Assembly (NCBI GenBank): GCA_029260055.1
Contig: JAJDDX010000382.1
Span: 2,562-66,561 of the forward strand
Reading direction: 5' to 3'
From: Phycisphaerae bacterium
GTDB taxonomy: Bacteria; Planctomycetota; Phycisphaerae; UBA1845
DNA length: 64,000 nt
Position 1 is the first letter of the stretch; every line of letters begins with the position of its first letter. Shown piece by piece: positions 16,936-30,231 of this stretch. The notes beneath the pieces are model-generated. The model saw nothing but the letters and a program-made list of their open reading frames with translations. It was not told the DNA's origin and searched no databases. The position numbers and the translations under genes are program-made.

Positions 16936-17553
16936 ATGACGCCAAGTGTCGGCAAGAAGAGTAAGCCGCCGCGAATCCCTCGGGGCGCGGGAGGCGGGGC
17001 CGGAAGCAGCCCGCGGAAGCCGGCGCGCAGGAACCCCCGCCGTGACGTGCTGCGATTCGTGCTAATCGTGGGTACGTCGATGGTGCTGTTCAACGTGCTC
17101 TTCTATGTCCGGCTAAGCGAGGACAGCGTGCTGGGGTCCTATCTCGCTCTGAACGCGCGTTTGTCAGCCGGTTTCGTGAACCTCTTCGGCGATCAGGCGA
17201 CCGTCACGGGCACGGCGATTCGCTCCGCCCGAGGGTCGTTGGAGGTCAGGCCCGGCTGCGATGGCATCCAGGCCTCGGCCTTCTTCATTTTCGCCGTGCT
17301 GGCCTCGCCCGCGCCACTGTCGCTGCTGGCGCGGATTCCGTCGATCCTGGCCGGGATGCTCCTGCTGCTCACGATCAATCTCGTTCGGATCATCAGTCTT
17401 TACTACACGCAGATTTACTTTCCGAGCGCTTTCGAGGTCATGCACGTGGAGGTCTGGCAGGCGGTCTTCATATTCCTGCCGATCGTGTTTTGGGTCGTTT
17501 GGCTGCGATGGGCACAGCGGGGGCGCGGACGCAAAGCCGATGTTGCCAAGTAG
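16936..17553 (+). CDS. Exosortase-family integral membrane transpeptidase (XrtH-like)
   Basis: About 205 aa and polytopic. Exosortase catalytic contexts are present: RPGCDGIQ (Cys), INLVRII (Asn..Arg) and EVMHVEVW (His). I chose the ATG at 16936 as the start. Confidence 0.65.
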   Translation: MTPSVGKKSKPPRIPRGAGGGAGSSPRKPARRNPRRDVLRFVLIVGTSMVLFNVLFYVRLSEDSVLGSYLALNARLSAGFVNLFGDQATVTGTAIRSARGSLEVRPGCDGIQASAFFIFAVLASPAPLSLLARIPSILAGMLLLLTINLVRIISLYYTQIYFPSAFEVMHVEVWQAVFIFLPIVFWVVWLRWAQRGRGRKADVAK

Positions 17554-18163
17554 ACACCTAGTCGGATTCGTCGTGCGGCTGGCAATCCTCTACGGCCTGC
17601 TGGCAGCGCCTTGGCCGGGCCTTCGCGAAGCGTACGCGCGCTTATACTGCGGTACGACCAACGCGCTTTTTGGCGCTTTCGGGGCAAAGGGCGTAGTGCA
17701 GCTCCGTTCGGTCGATAGCGGCGGCGGCAATATGGATTGTGAGATTTCCATTCGCAATCGCTCATCGTCGGTGGTCGGCACGACGCAGCACAGCGCCCGG
17801 ATTACCGGTTACTTGCCGATGGCCACGACCGTGGCGCTGGTCCTGGCCACGCCGCTGACTTGGCGGAGACGGCTGCGGGCGCTGGCGTGGAGCGTGTTCT
17901 GGATTACGCTCTTTATTCTCTTTCGCACGTGGCTCACCTTACTGTACTGGTTCTGTGCCGACGGCGCGTGGCACATCTACGAGCCTTCCGCGCTGTGGCG
18001 CGGCGTCATGAACACCGTATACGAGTTCACCGCGGTGGCGCCGACGTGCACGTTCCTCATCCCCGCACTGATCTGGATAGCTGTGGCGTTTCGTCGCGAG
18101 GCGGGCGGCGTCATCTCGTTGTGGCAGGGTGGGGAGTCGAATGAGGAAGCGACGGCGCGGTGA
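17540..18163 (+). CDS. Exosortase-associated membrane protein (function unknown)
   Basis: 207-aa product with several TM helices. Its ATG at 17540 overlaps the exosortase stop by 14 nt, which suggests translational coupling. The longer ORF-track version (from 17261) is an out-of-frame overlap with the exosortase. Confidence 0.5.
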   Translation: MLPSRHLVGFVVRLAILYGLLAAPWPGLREAYARLYCGTTNALFGAFGAKGVVQLRSVDSGGGNMDCEISIRNRSSSVVGTTQHSARITGYLPMATTVALVLATPLTWRRRLRALAWSVFWITLFILFRTWLTLLYWFCADGAWHIYEPSALWRGVMNTVYEFTAVAPTCTFLIPALIWIAVAFRREAGGVISLWQGGESNEEATAR

Positions 18164-18208
18164 TCCCGGAAGCTCGGCCGCGGCGAGGCGTGGTATGCGA
18201 GCGCCGGC

Positions 18209-20065
18209 TCATCTACGTCGCGTGATCAACCACTGACCGAAGCCTACGGCGAGGAGTGTCAGTATCGCGCCGACGCCGCCGATGCGGAATCGCCGGCCCA
18301 GCACGCCCGGGTCGAGGCGGGCGGAGCACGACACCAGCTCGATATGCGAGGCGTCCGCCTCATGGTGGCGGTGCTTGCTCAACCGTTGCCGCTGCTCTTC
18401 GGTATCGGCGAGGTCCTTACGAAGGCGCTCGATTTGCGTCTTGGCGAGGTCACGCTGGAGCATGGCGCGAAGGAACTCCTGCGAATCCACCGCAGTCAGG
18501 TTGAGTTTGGTTTGCATCGCCACGAGTTCGGCGACGGTCTCGTCGGACCGCGTCCTCAGTTCCCGGATGAACCGCTCCGCCTCGGTCAGTTCGCTCGTTC
18601 GCTGCTTCCGCGCATCTTGAACAGCCAGTTCCTGTAACCGTTCATCGATCCGGCGGATGCGCAGTTGCGATCGCCTTCGCAGGCCGCGCGCACCTTGCAG
18701 TGCCGCATCGAGCCGGAAGTTATGGGCCGGGTCGACGGCGCCGGCGGTGAACTCGAATCGGTGATGGCACCGTTCGAAGGCGTGGAAACCACGCGTCAGG
18801 TTGGAGAAGAAGACGTGGAACCGCGTCAGGTTGCTCGTCGTCTCCCCGAGCCTGCGCGTGCGGGCGCGCATGGCGGTCAGTCGTTTGCCCGCGTTGAAGA
18901 GGAAGTCGTTGAGCAAGGAGCGGGCTCGTGTATGAGCGTCGAGCAACTCCCCGGCGAGCGGATCCACCTCGATCTGCCTCAGTGTCGTGAACTCCTTGGT
19001 CCACGCCTGGACAAAAGCGGCGAGCAGGTCGGAATACTCCGATATGTCAGCGGCCAGGGCATTCAACGTGTCGCCCGGCAACCCCTCGAAAGAGGTGCCC
19101 CCCGAGGGCGATGCCGCGGCGGCGAAGTCGTCGCAGCTCGGTCGCAGGGCCTCGAGCAAGCTGCCCGATTTCTGCCACACGTTCAACAGGTGCAGCTTCA
19201 ACTCGGTCAGCTCGACCGTGAGCTCGCGCAAGTCCTGTTGCAGCGCGAGATCGGCCTGCAACGCGTCGTTTCGTTCGCGGCTCGAGACGACGCCGAAGGT
19301 CGGCTCCGGGGAGCTCTGAAGCTCCGCGGCTTTTGCGGCCACCTCATCGAGCCGTTCGCGCGACGTGCCGAAACTCGACTTCAGCGCGTTCCATTGAGCG
19401 AGAAGGTCGGCGTGGGCTTCGGTCGGGTCGATTTCGGGAAGTGCCGTTGCTGACCGGGCGAGCTGGTCCTCGAACTCCGCGAGTCGATCTTGCAGTTCGC
19501 TTCCTCGCTCGGACCAGGCGACCTCCGCGGCGCTCGGCGTCGTGCGTAACGCCGTGGCCGACGCATCGAGGGCGGCTTCATAGGATGCGGCGACCTGCTG
19601 GGCAGCGGCGAGGCCGGCCTGGCGTCCAGGTGTCCGCACCGTCAGCTCGATAGTCCGCGGGGCATGATGTTCGACGCGCCAAGTCGCTTCACGGGTACCG
19701 GGCTGCGATGTGCCCAAACGTCGTCCCGCCTGGATAGTAAGTTCCGTGCGGTAGTAGGCGAGGCGTTGCCGGGAAGGCTCGCCGATCAGTCGGAACTCCG
19801 CGGTGCAGAGATGCGCGGCGGGGATCGCGAAGGCCAGGATCGCGCCGATGATCGCTGCGGCGAATAGCGGGAACAGACGAACCAGGCGGGGAGGCCGGCC
19901 TCCGGAAGTCGTGGTCCCGGAGAACCCGTCCGCGGCTGCGGAGAGGTCCCGCAGCGCCGCAGCGCCGCGCGGCCCTCTGGCCATGGGGTTCTGGCGTGAG
20001 TCACCAGCGGCCCCGGAGCGGGCGTCAACGCCTTTGCCTGAGCTTGTTCCGGAGGAAGTAGACAT
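18209..20065 (-). CDS. Polysaccharide co-polymerase (Wzz/GumC)-like protein, tentative
   Basis: N-terminal TM helix (LFPLFAAAIIGAILAFAI), a long region rich in coiled-coil-like sequence, and a C-terminal TM helix plus basic tail (GVGAILTLLAVGFGQWLITRRR). The topology is typical of chain-length regulators. The start is uncertain. Confidence 0.4.
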   Translation of the reverse strand: MSTSSGTSSGKGVDARSGAAGDSRQNPMARGPRGAAALRDLSAAADGFSGTTTSGGRPPRLVRLFPLFAAAIIGAILAFAIPAAHLCTAEFRLIGEPSRQRLAYYRTELTIQAGRRLGTSQPGTREATWRVEHHAPRTIELTVRTPGRQAGLAAAQQVAASYEAALDASATALRTTPSAAEVAWSERGSELQDRLAEFEDQLARSATALPEIDPTEAHADLLAQWNALKSSFGTSRERLDEVAAKAAELQSSPEPTFGVVSSRERNDALQADLALQQDLRELTVELTELKLHLLNVWQKSGSLLEALRPSCDDFAAAASPSGGTSFEGLPGDTLNALAADISEYSDLLAAFVQAWTKEFTTLRQIEVDPLAGELLDAHTRARSLLNDFLFNAGKRLTAMRARTRRLGETTSNLTRFHVFFSNLTRGFHAFERCHHRFEFTAGAVDPAHNFRLDAALQGARGLRRRSQLRIRRIDERLQELAVQDARKQRTSELTEAERFIRELRTRSDETVAELVAMQTKLNLTAVDSQEFLRAMLQRDLAKTQIERLRKDLADTEEQRQRLSKHRHHEADASHIELVSCSARLDPGVLGRRFRIGGVGAILTLLAVGFGQWLITRRR

Positions 20066-20518
20066 CAGTTTGACAGGGTGACGGTCCGGGTAGCGGGTGC
20101 GTTCATGCCACTTCGGCCGAGCCGGCTGCGTTCCACGTCTGGGTTGGCTCCTGGGGCACGGTTGCGAATCGTGCGGACCACGTTGGTGGATTCACGAGAA
20201 TCACCCGAGCGACGTATCGTAGGGATGGTGTACACGGTGGACAAGTAGGACTGCGAAATCGGTTATCGGTGCGAGTGGAGGTTGCGGTTAAGATGGGTGG
20301 CGTACGGGGTAGGTCGAAGCATGGATGCTGGAATAAGGCCGCTGTGGCGTTAATCTCGGGTGCCGCTGGAGGGACTGCAGCGAAAGGCGGCGTTCGGTCG
20401 ACGATGCAGTGAGGCGGCGGCCGGTGCCATTCGGATCGTCGCGGAGCGGTGTTCGTCCGCGAGATTCGCAGTGCTGAAATCGTCGCGTAACGCGGTCGGA
20501 TGGTCCTGGTTTTTGCGT

Positions 20519-20546
20519 TTGACAAGGTTGGGCGGATGCGTATACT
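20519..20546 (+). promoter_or_regulatory. Strong sigma70-type promoter upstream of tRNA-Thr and tuf
   Basis: TTGACA-N16-TATACT. It is preceded by a T-rich stretch (GGTTTTTGCGTT) and followed by a GC-rich discriminator. It lies about 200 nt upstream of the tRNA. Confidence 0.55.
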
Positions 20547-20744
20547 TGCCCGGCTCTGGCTATGGGTTCGTTGGCGCTACTGGCGTAAGCGTCGGTGCGC
20601 CCGAGACTTCTAGTCGGCTGTTGGGAGAACCGGACCCGCGGGTCCGCGATCGAGTGAAGCGTGTCTGCCGGATCGCGGGCAAGCAGCCGCAACCCTGGCG
20701 GAGCCTTGCGCGTTGAGATCTCGCGGCGCTCGCCGTTTTGCGTT

Positions 20745-20817
20745 GCTGCTGTGGCTCAGTTGGTAGAGCACGTCCTTGGTAAGGACGAGGTCATGGGTTC
20801 GAGTCCCATCAGCAGCT
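20745..20817 (+). tRNA. tRNA-Thr (anticodon GGU)
   Basis: Hand-folded cloverleaf: acceptor GCTGCTG/CAGCAGC, anticodon stem CGTCC/GGACG, loop TTGGTAA, T-loop TTCGAGT. CCA is not encoded. Confidence 0.9.
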
Positions 20818-20967
20818 TTGCTACTGAAGCGAATGGCGAAGCCCCGGCATCGCGTGCCGGCGCTCTCCCGTAGTGCCGCGATGTCGACAAGGCCCGGTGG
20901 CTAGGCGGAATATTGGATTCTTAGGCTCGATAGTAATTGGCGTCGAGCGAGTGGAGGTACGGACCGG

Positions 20968-22170
20968 ATGGCTAAGGAAGTATTCGAGCGAACAAAGACG
21001 CACGTGAACGTCGGGACGATCGGCCACGTCGACCACGGCAAGACGACGCTGACCGCTGCGATCACCGCAGCGCAGGCTGCCAAGGGCCTGGCCAAGTTCC
21101 GGGGCTATGACGATGTCGCCAAGGCGTCGGAGTCGCAGGGACGGCGCGACTCGACGAAGATTCTCACCATCGCGACTTCGCATGTGGAGTACGAAAGCGA
21201 GAAGAGGCACTACGCGCATATCGACTGCCCTGGGCACGCCGACTATGTCAAGAACATGATCACCGGTGCCGCGCAGATGGACGGCGCGATCCTGGTCGTG
21301 TCGGCCGCCGACGGCCCGATGCCCCAGACCCGTGAGCACATCCTGCTCGCGCGTCAGGTGAACGTGCCTCACCTGGTCGTCTTCCTCAACAAAGTGGACC
21401 TGGTCGACGATGAGGAACTCTTGGATCTCGTCGAGCTGGAAGTCCGCGAGTTGATGACCAAGTACGGATTCGCCGGGGACGACATCTCGGTCGTACGAGG
21501 ATCGTCTCTGCCCGCGCTCAATGACCCGAAGGACGAAGAGAAGACCAAGTGTATTCAGGAGCTGATGGACGCACTGGATACCGACATTCCGGATCCCGAG
21601 CGTGACGTGGACCAGCCCTTCTTGATGTCCGTCGAGGACGTATTCAGCATCAAGGGGCGTGGCACGGTCGCGACGGGGCGCATCGAGCGCGGCAAGGTCG
21701 TGATGGGCGAGACGATCGAGATCGTCGGTCTCACCGATACCCAGAAGACGGTCTGCACGGGCGTCGAGATGTTCAACAAGACGTTGGACTCCGGCGAGGC
21801 CGGCGACAATGTCGGATGCCTGCTCCGCGGCGTCGACAAGGACAAGATCGAGCGTGGCCAGGTGCTTGCCGCACCGGGGTCGATCACGCCGCATACGAAA
21901 TTCGAGTCTCAGGTCTACGTGCTGACGCAGGAAGAGGGTGGGCGCCATACGCCGTTCTTTAACGGCTATCGTCCGCAATTCTACTTCCGTACGACGGACG
22001 TGACCGGTGCGCTGGAGCTTCAGGGTGCTGAGATGTGCATGCCCGGCGACAACGTCGAGATGGTCGTCACGCTGGGTAAGCCGATCGCGATGGAGCAGGG
22101 CCTGCGTTTCGCGGTTCGCGAGGGCGGCCGGACCGTCGGGTCGGGCGTGGTAATTAAGGTAATCGAATAG
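20968..22170 (+). CDS. tuf: Elongation factor Tu
   Basis: [18 protein letters not shown] and NKVD G-motifs. 400 aa. Confidence 0.98.
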   Translation: MAKEVFERTKTHVNVGTIGHVDHGKTTLTAAITAAQAAKGLAKFRGYDDVAKASESQGRRDSTKILTIATSHVEYESEKRHYAHIDCPGHADYVKNMITGAAQMDGAILVVSAADGPMPQTREHILLARQVNVPHLVVFLNKVDLVDDEELLDLVELEVRELMTKYGFAGDDISVVRGSSLPALNDPKDEEKTKCIQELMDALDTDIPDPERDVDQPFLMSVEDVFSIKGRGTVATGRIERGKVVMGETIEIVGLTDTQKTVCTGVEMFNKTLDSGEAGDNVGCLLRGVDKDKIERGQVLAAPGSITPHTKFESQVYVLTQEEGGRHTPFFNGYRPQFYFRTTDVTGALELQGAEMCMPGDNVEMVVTLGKPIAMEQGLRFAVREGGRTVGSGVVIKVIE

Positions 22171-22209
22171 CGGATTTGTCGCAGCGGCAACTGGCGGAAG
22201 TAAGAGACC

Positions 22210-22377
22210 ATGGCAAAAGCGGCAAAGCGCGAATACGTGTGGTTGCAGTGCAAGGAATGCAAGGACCTGAACTATCGCACGAGTGTGAATGTTCAGGGCG
22301 GTGTTCCGAAGCTTGAACTGTCGAAGTTCTGTAAGCGTGAGCGCAAGCGGACCACGCACAAGATCAAGCGGAAGTAA
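22210..22377 (+). CDS. rpmG: 50S ribosomal protein L33
   Basis: 55-aa ORF MAKAAKREYVWLQCKECKDLNYRTSVNVQGGVPKLELSKFCKRERKRTTHKIKRK. It is too short to appear in the ORF track. It occupies the canonical position between tuf and tRNA-Trp. Confidence 0.85.
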   Translation: MAKAAKREYVWLQCKECKDLNYRTSVNVQGGVPKLELSKFCKRERKRTTHKIKRK

Positions 22378-22411
22378 GTCCTGATCGTCGGTGGCGGTAG
22401 CTGCCTGCTTG

Positions 22412-22485
22412 AGGAGCGTAGCTCAATTTGGCAGAGCACCGGTTTCCAAAACCGGCGGTTGTGGGTTCGAGTCCCTCCGCTCCTG
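22412..22485 (+). tRNA. tRNA-Trp (anticodon CCA)
   Basis: Acceptor AGGAGCG/CGCTCCT, anticodon stem CCGGT/ACCGG, loop TTCCAAA. There is one U-U mismatch in the T stem. It occupies the canonical position before secE. Confidence 0.85.
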
Positions 22486-22580
22486 TCGGCGCCGTTGCCA
22501 TCGAGCCCCGCTTTGCGGCGGGGCGTGCCCGAGTTTGCCGCATGATACGATTCGTAACGCTTTGAAGTTAAGGCGAAGTG

Positions 22581-23096
22581 ATGAGCCAAGCTAATTCGAC
22601 CGTCGTACCTGACACCGAGAAGGGCAAGGGCGGTCCGCCCACTGGCGGTCGCGTGGCCACGGGTGGGCGCGACGGCGGTTCCGGTGGCGCGTTCAAGCAG
22701 TACAAGCCCGAGCAAGGCAAGTGGACGCGTCTCGGCACGTTCCTCGGGCTTTTGCTCCTGATCGCATGGGGCTCCTACTTCCTGTACGACCGTTTGCAGG
22801 TTTACGCGGACGGCCCTGAGGCGTGGCGATTGCTCGTGTCGACCGGGATACCGGCGGCCGTGCTCGTGTTGCTCGGCGCCGTGGCCTGGTGGCTGTCCTA
22901 TTCGAGCCGCAAGAGCAGCGACTTCATGATCGCGACCGAGGGCGAGATGAAGAAGGTAAGTTGGTCGACTCGCCGAGAAATCATCGGCTCGACGAAGGTC
23001 GTGATCCTGTTCACCGTGCTGCTGGCAACCACTCTTTTTGTGGTCGACCTGGGGCTCACGAGCCTGTTCAGGTGGATCGGCGTGCTTAAGGGATGA
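22581..23096 (+). CDS. secE: Preprotein translocase subunit SecE (with a long N-terminal extension)
   Basis: The C-terminal region KKVSWSTRREIIGSTKVVILFTVLLATTLFVVD is the conserved SecE helix. It sits in the canonical position before nusG. Confidence 0.85.
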   Translation: MSQANSTVVPDTEKGKGGPPTGGRVATGGRDGGSGGAFKQYKPEQGKWTRLGTFLGLLLLIAWGSYFLYDRLQVYADGPEAWRLLVSTGIPAAVLVLLGAVAWWLSYSSRKSSDFMIATEGEMKKVSWSTRREIIGSTKVVILFTVLLATTLFVVDLGLTSLFRWIGVLKG

Positions 23097-23704
23097 CCGA
23101 ATCGGACTCGACAACACCTGAGGCCCCTGAGTCCTCGGCGATGACCGCGGCGGGCATGAAGTGGTACGTCCTTCGCGTGGCGTCCAACAAAGAGGGGCAG
23201 GTCCGGGCGGCGCTCGAGCGCAAGGTGAAGATTGAAGGTCTCGAGGGTCGTGTCGGCCGAATCCTGATGCCGACCGTTCCCGAGAAGAAGATGAAGGCCG
23301 GCGTGCTGCGGGTGATGCAGCGCAAGCTCTACCCCGGTTATGTCTTCGTTGAGATGGCCTGCGAAGACGACGGGTCGGTCAACGAGAACGTGTGGTTCCT
23401 CGTGAAGGAGACCACGGGCGTGGGTGACTTTATCGGCTCGGACGGTAAGCCGACGAGCATGCCCGAGCACGAGGTCACTCAGATGCTGATGGCCACGGAG
23501 AAGGCCGAAGAAGAGCCGACCTTGTCGGGTTTGAACATCCACAAGGGCGACCAGGTGAAGGTCACGGACGGGGCTTTCGAGAGTTACGAGGGCGAGGTCG
23601 AGTCGGTGGACGAACGTCGTGGCATGGTCAGCGTGATCGTGTCGATCTTCGGTCGAATGACGCCGGTCGAAGTGGGCTACTGGCAGATCGAAAAAGTCGA
23701 ATAG
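23093..23704 (+). CDS. nusG: Transcription termination/antitermination factor NusG
   Basis: MKWYVLRVASNKE NGN-domain start and a C-terminal KOW region (GDQVKVTDGAFESYEGEV). Its ATG overlaps the secE stop. Confidence 0.95.
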   Translation: MTESDSTTPEAPESSAMTAAGMKWYVLRVASNKEGQVRAALERKVKIEGLEGRVGRILMPTVPEKKMKAGVLRVMQRKLYPGYVFVEMACEDDGSVNENVWFLVKETTGVGDFIGSDGKPTSMPEHEVTQMLMATEKAEEEPTLSGLNIHKGDQVKVTDGAFESYEGEVESVDERRGMVSVIVSIFGRMTPVEVGYWQIEKVE

Positions 23705-23767
23705 GCGGTCGACTCGCGCGAACGGGCGGCGCGGACCGCTTCATAACATTCAGCAGGTGGGCATACG

Positions 23768-24196
23768 GTGGCGAAAAAGGAAGCAACGGCGACGATCAGA
23801 CTGCAGGCTCCCGGGGGACAGGCTACGCCGGCTCCGCCGGTCGGCCCGGCGCTTGGTCAACACGGCGTCAACATCGGGCAGTTCGTACAGCAGTTCAACG
23901 CATCGACGCAGCAACTCAACGGCAAGCCCGTGACGGTCGTCATCAGCGTCTATGCGGATAAGTCGTTCACATACGAAGTCAAGAGCCCGCCGGCATCGGT
24001 GTTGCTCAAGGACGCCGCGAACGTCGCCAAGGGAAGCGGCGTGCCGCACAAGGAAAAGGTCGGCACCGTCACGCGGGAGCAACTCCGCAAGATTGCCGAG
24101 ACGAAGCTTCCCGACCTGAACTCGAACACGATCGAGGCCGCCGAGCGCGTCGTCGCCGGCACCGCCCGATCGATGGGTATTGACGTAGTTGACTGA
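23768..24196 (+). CDS. rplK: 50S ribosomal protein L11
   Basis: [16 protein letters not shown] motif. 142 aa. GTG start. Confidence 0.97.
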   Translation: MAKKEATATIRLQAPGGQATPAPPVGPALGQHGVNIGQFVQQFNASTQQLNGKPVTVVISVYADKSFTYEVKSPPASVLLKDAANVAKGSGVPHKEKVGTVTREQLRKIAETKLPDLNSNTIEAAERVVAGTARSMGIDVVD

Positions 24197-24231
24197 TCGC
24201 TCCGATGGCCGGAGCGCAAGGGGATACTCGG

Positions 24232-24960
24232 ATGGTTGCTCGTAGCGTTCTATATCGCAAGCAGGTCGAGAAGTTGGGGGAGGTTACGGAGCCACTCTCG
24301 ATCGAAGACGCTATTGCGAAGATCAAGGACATGGCTGGGATCAAGTCGGATCGCAGCTACAAGAACGGCCGCACACGCAAAGCGGTCGATCAAACGGTCG
24401 AACTCGTCATGCACCTCGGTATTGACGCTCGACAGGCGGACCAGATGCTGCGCGGCGCCATCTCCCTTCCCAAGGGCCTCGGAAAGGACCGCAAGGTCAT
24501 CGCGTTTTGCGACGGCCCACTGGTAGACGAGGCGAAGGCAGCCGGTGCCATCGAAGCGGGCGCCCAGGAACTGGTCGACAAGGTGACCAAGGGGTGGTTC
24601 GACTTTGACGTGGCCATCGCCCACCCGTCCATGATGGGCAAGGTCGGAAAGCTGGGGCGGGTGCTCGGGCCGCAGGGTAAGATGCCGACACCGAAGGCGG
24701 GCACCGTCACGCCCAACGTGGCTGCCACGGTCAAGGAGTTCTCGGCGGGCCGAATCGAGTTTCGCAACGACTCCGGGGGGAATATTCATCTGCCGGTCGG
24801 CAAGGTGGGCTTCCCGGCCGAGGACCTCAAGGAAAACATCGATTCGGTGATGAAACACATGATCAAACTGAAGCCCGCAGCCGCGAAAGGGACGTACGTC
24901 AAGCGCGTTTGTCTTACGGCGACGCGGACTCCGTCGGTACCTTTGGCGGTCGGAAGCTAG
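24232..24960 (+). CDS. rplA: 50S ribosomal protein L1
   Basis: L1-family sequence (VDQTVELVMHLGIDARQADQMLRG...). I prefer the ATG at 24232 because AAGGGGA lies 7 nt upstream. The ORF track starts at 24205. Confidence 0.93.
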   Translation: MVARSVLYRKQVEKLGEVTEPLSIEDAIAKIKDMAGIKSDRSYKNGRTRKAVDQTVELVMHLGIDARQADQMLRGAISLPKGLGKDRKVIAFCDGPLVDEAKAAGAIEAGAQELVDKVTKGWFDFDVAIAHPSMMGKVGKLGRVLGPQGKMPTPKAGTVTPNVAATVKEFSAGRIEFRNDSGGNIHLPVGKVGFPAEDLKENIDSVMKHMIKLKPAAAKGTYVKRVCLTATRTPSVPLAVGS

Positions 24961-25030
24961 CTGCGAGGCGGAAAGTCGATAGTCGGGCCGGAATTCGGCC
25001 TCTTACGAGACATGGAATCGGGATCAAGCC

Positions 25031-25543
25031 ATGAGCAAACCCGTTAAAGCAATGATCACCGCCGAGTTGCGGGGTCGTTATGAGGGCGTCGATAGCGCCT
25101 GCGTCGTGGACCTGACCGGCCTGGACGTACACTCACAGGAGTCGCTCCGACGCGCGCTTAGAGCCAAGTCGAGCCGAGTCGAGGTCGTGCGCAACAGTCT
25201 CGCACGAACGGCGTTCAAGGATACGCCGCTCGCGCCGCTCGCTGCGTCCTTCTCGGGGCCCTGCGCGCTGGTCACAGCCGGGGAGTCGCTGACCGACGTG
25301 GCGAAAGTGCTCGTCGAGTGCGCCAAGGAATTCGATCAGCTTACGCTCAAGGACGCGATTATCGAAGGCGACCCGGGCCTGGTGACCGTGGTCGAGCTCT
25401 CCAAGATGAAGGGGCGGACCGAACTGCTCGGCGATGTCGCGATGCTGGTTGCGTCGCCCGGCCGAGCGATCGCCGGTTGCCTCGGATCACCGCAGTCTCG
25501 AATCGCCGGTTGCCTCAAGGCCATCGTCGACAAGGCGGCATAG
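25031..25543 (+). CDS. rplJ: 50S ribosomal protein L10
   Basis: Position and similarity both fit. 170 aa, located between rplA and rplL. Confidence 0.9.
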   Translation: MSKPVKAMITAELRGRYEGVDSACVVDLTGLDVHSQESLRRALRAKSSRVEVVRNSLARTAFKDTPLAPLAASFSGPCALVTAGESLTDVAKVLVECAKEFDQLTLKDAIIEGDPGLVTVVELSKMKGRTELLGDVAMLVASPGRAIAGCLGSPQSRIAGCLKAIVDKAA

Positions 25544-25715
25544 GCATTTGGATCACATCCGGACGCCGCGAGGGTGGCTGTCCGGTGTTTTCGTTTAGAA
25601 GAGATTAACACGTTTCACGCCGACTGGTTCGCGTAACAGCGGATGAAATGGCCCGCAATGGGTGGGTCGCCTATCGGTGTGGCGATTTCGGGATTCCCCG
25701 AGGAGTGGTAGCAAG

Positions 25716-26114
25716 ATGGCTGAGGCCCCAGCGAAAGAGTTCAGTGCTGAGATTACAGAACTAGCGGATAAGCTCGTCGCTTTGACCGTCAAGGATGCCC
25801 AGGCGCTCGTGGATTGCCTCAAAGAGGTCCACGGGATCGAGCCGGCCGGCGGCGGCGTCGTGATGGCAGCCGGCGGCGGTGCCGCCGAGGTAGCCGAGGA
25901 GAAGACTACGTTCGACGTGGTCCTGGAAGGCTTTGGCGACAAGAAGATCCAGGTCATCAAGGTCGTCCGCTCGGTCACTTCCTTGGGGCTCAAGGAGGCC
26001 AAGGAACTCGTCGAGAGTTGCCCGAAGGCCATCAAGGAAGGCGTCTCGCAGGAAGACGCCGACAAGATCAAGGCGGAAATCGAGGCGGCTGGCGGCGCTG
26101 TCAGCATCAAGTAG
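25716..26114 (+). CDS. rplL: 50S ribosomal protein L7/L12
   Basis: C-terminal KIQVIKVVRSVTSLGLKEAKELVE...EDADKIKAEIEAAGG. The ATG at 25716 is preceded by AGGAGTGG. Confidence 0.97.
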   Translation: MAEAPAKEFSAEITELADKLVALTVKDAQALVDCLKEVHGIEPAGGGVVMAAGGGAAEVAEEKTTFDVVLEGFGDKKIQVIKVVRSVTSLGLKEAKELVESCPKAIKEGVSQEDADKIKAEIEAAGGAVSIK

Positions 26115-26143
26115 TCCGTACGATCAGCTTCGTATTCAACGGT

Positions 26144-26185
26144 CGCGTTCGGCGTCCACGCGGTGGTGCGTGGATGCCGAACGCG
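26144..26185 (+). terminator. rplL-rpoB intergenic stem-loop (attenuator-like)
   Basis: CGCGTTCGGCGTCCACGC-GGTGGT-GCGTGGATGCCGAACGCG forms an 18-bp stem with one G-U pair. It is followed only by TCTT, so it is not a canonical intrinsic terminator. Confidence 0.4.
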
Positions 26186-26405
26186 TCTTGAACGTCGGAA
26201 TATACGCCACGGGTCGCGGTTCCGACGTTACATACATGTCCGCCGCGAAGCGGGAACGACCGGCAATGTAGCGGGACAGCCGGTCCACCGGATGCTTCGC
26301 CGGCAGATCACGTTGTCCCCTGGCTTTGGAAAGATGCGGTCGGCGGCGGTACGTCCAGCGTGCGCCGTGTGGTCCGATTGAGCCGTCACCCTAAGGGACT
26401 TGCTG

Positions 26406-30179
<3,774 letters not shown>

Positions 30180-30231
30180 TTCTCGGTCCGCTTGGTGGCG
30201 CCCGGCGTGAGATGTATGGGAGGCCAACACG

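Noticed and set aside
17261-17539. Upstream part of ORF 17261-18163, overlapping the exosortase gene in another frame. I considered a possible frameshifted single gene.
   Set aside because: The overlapping segment translates to an Arg/Ser/Cys-rich sequence that is not membrane-like. The exosortase frame is hydrophobic and motif-bearing through to its stop. An ATG at 17540 gives a clean 14-nt overlap junction between two genes.
20103-20692. ORFs of 134-140 aa on the minus strand, and 118 aa on the plus strand, upstream of tRNA-Thr.
   Set aside because: Their composition is Pro/Arg/Thr/Ser-rich and low in complexity. They have no motifs and overlap one another. The region contains a strong promoter and hairpins and is more plausibly non-coding.
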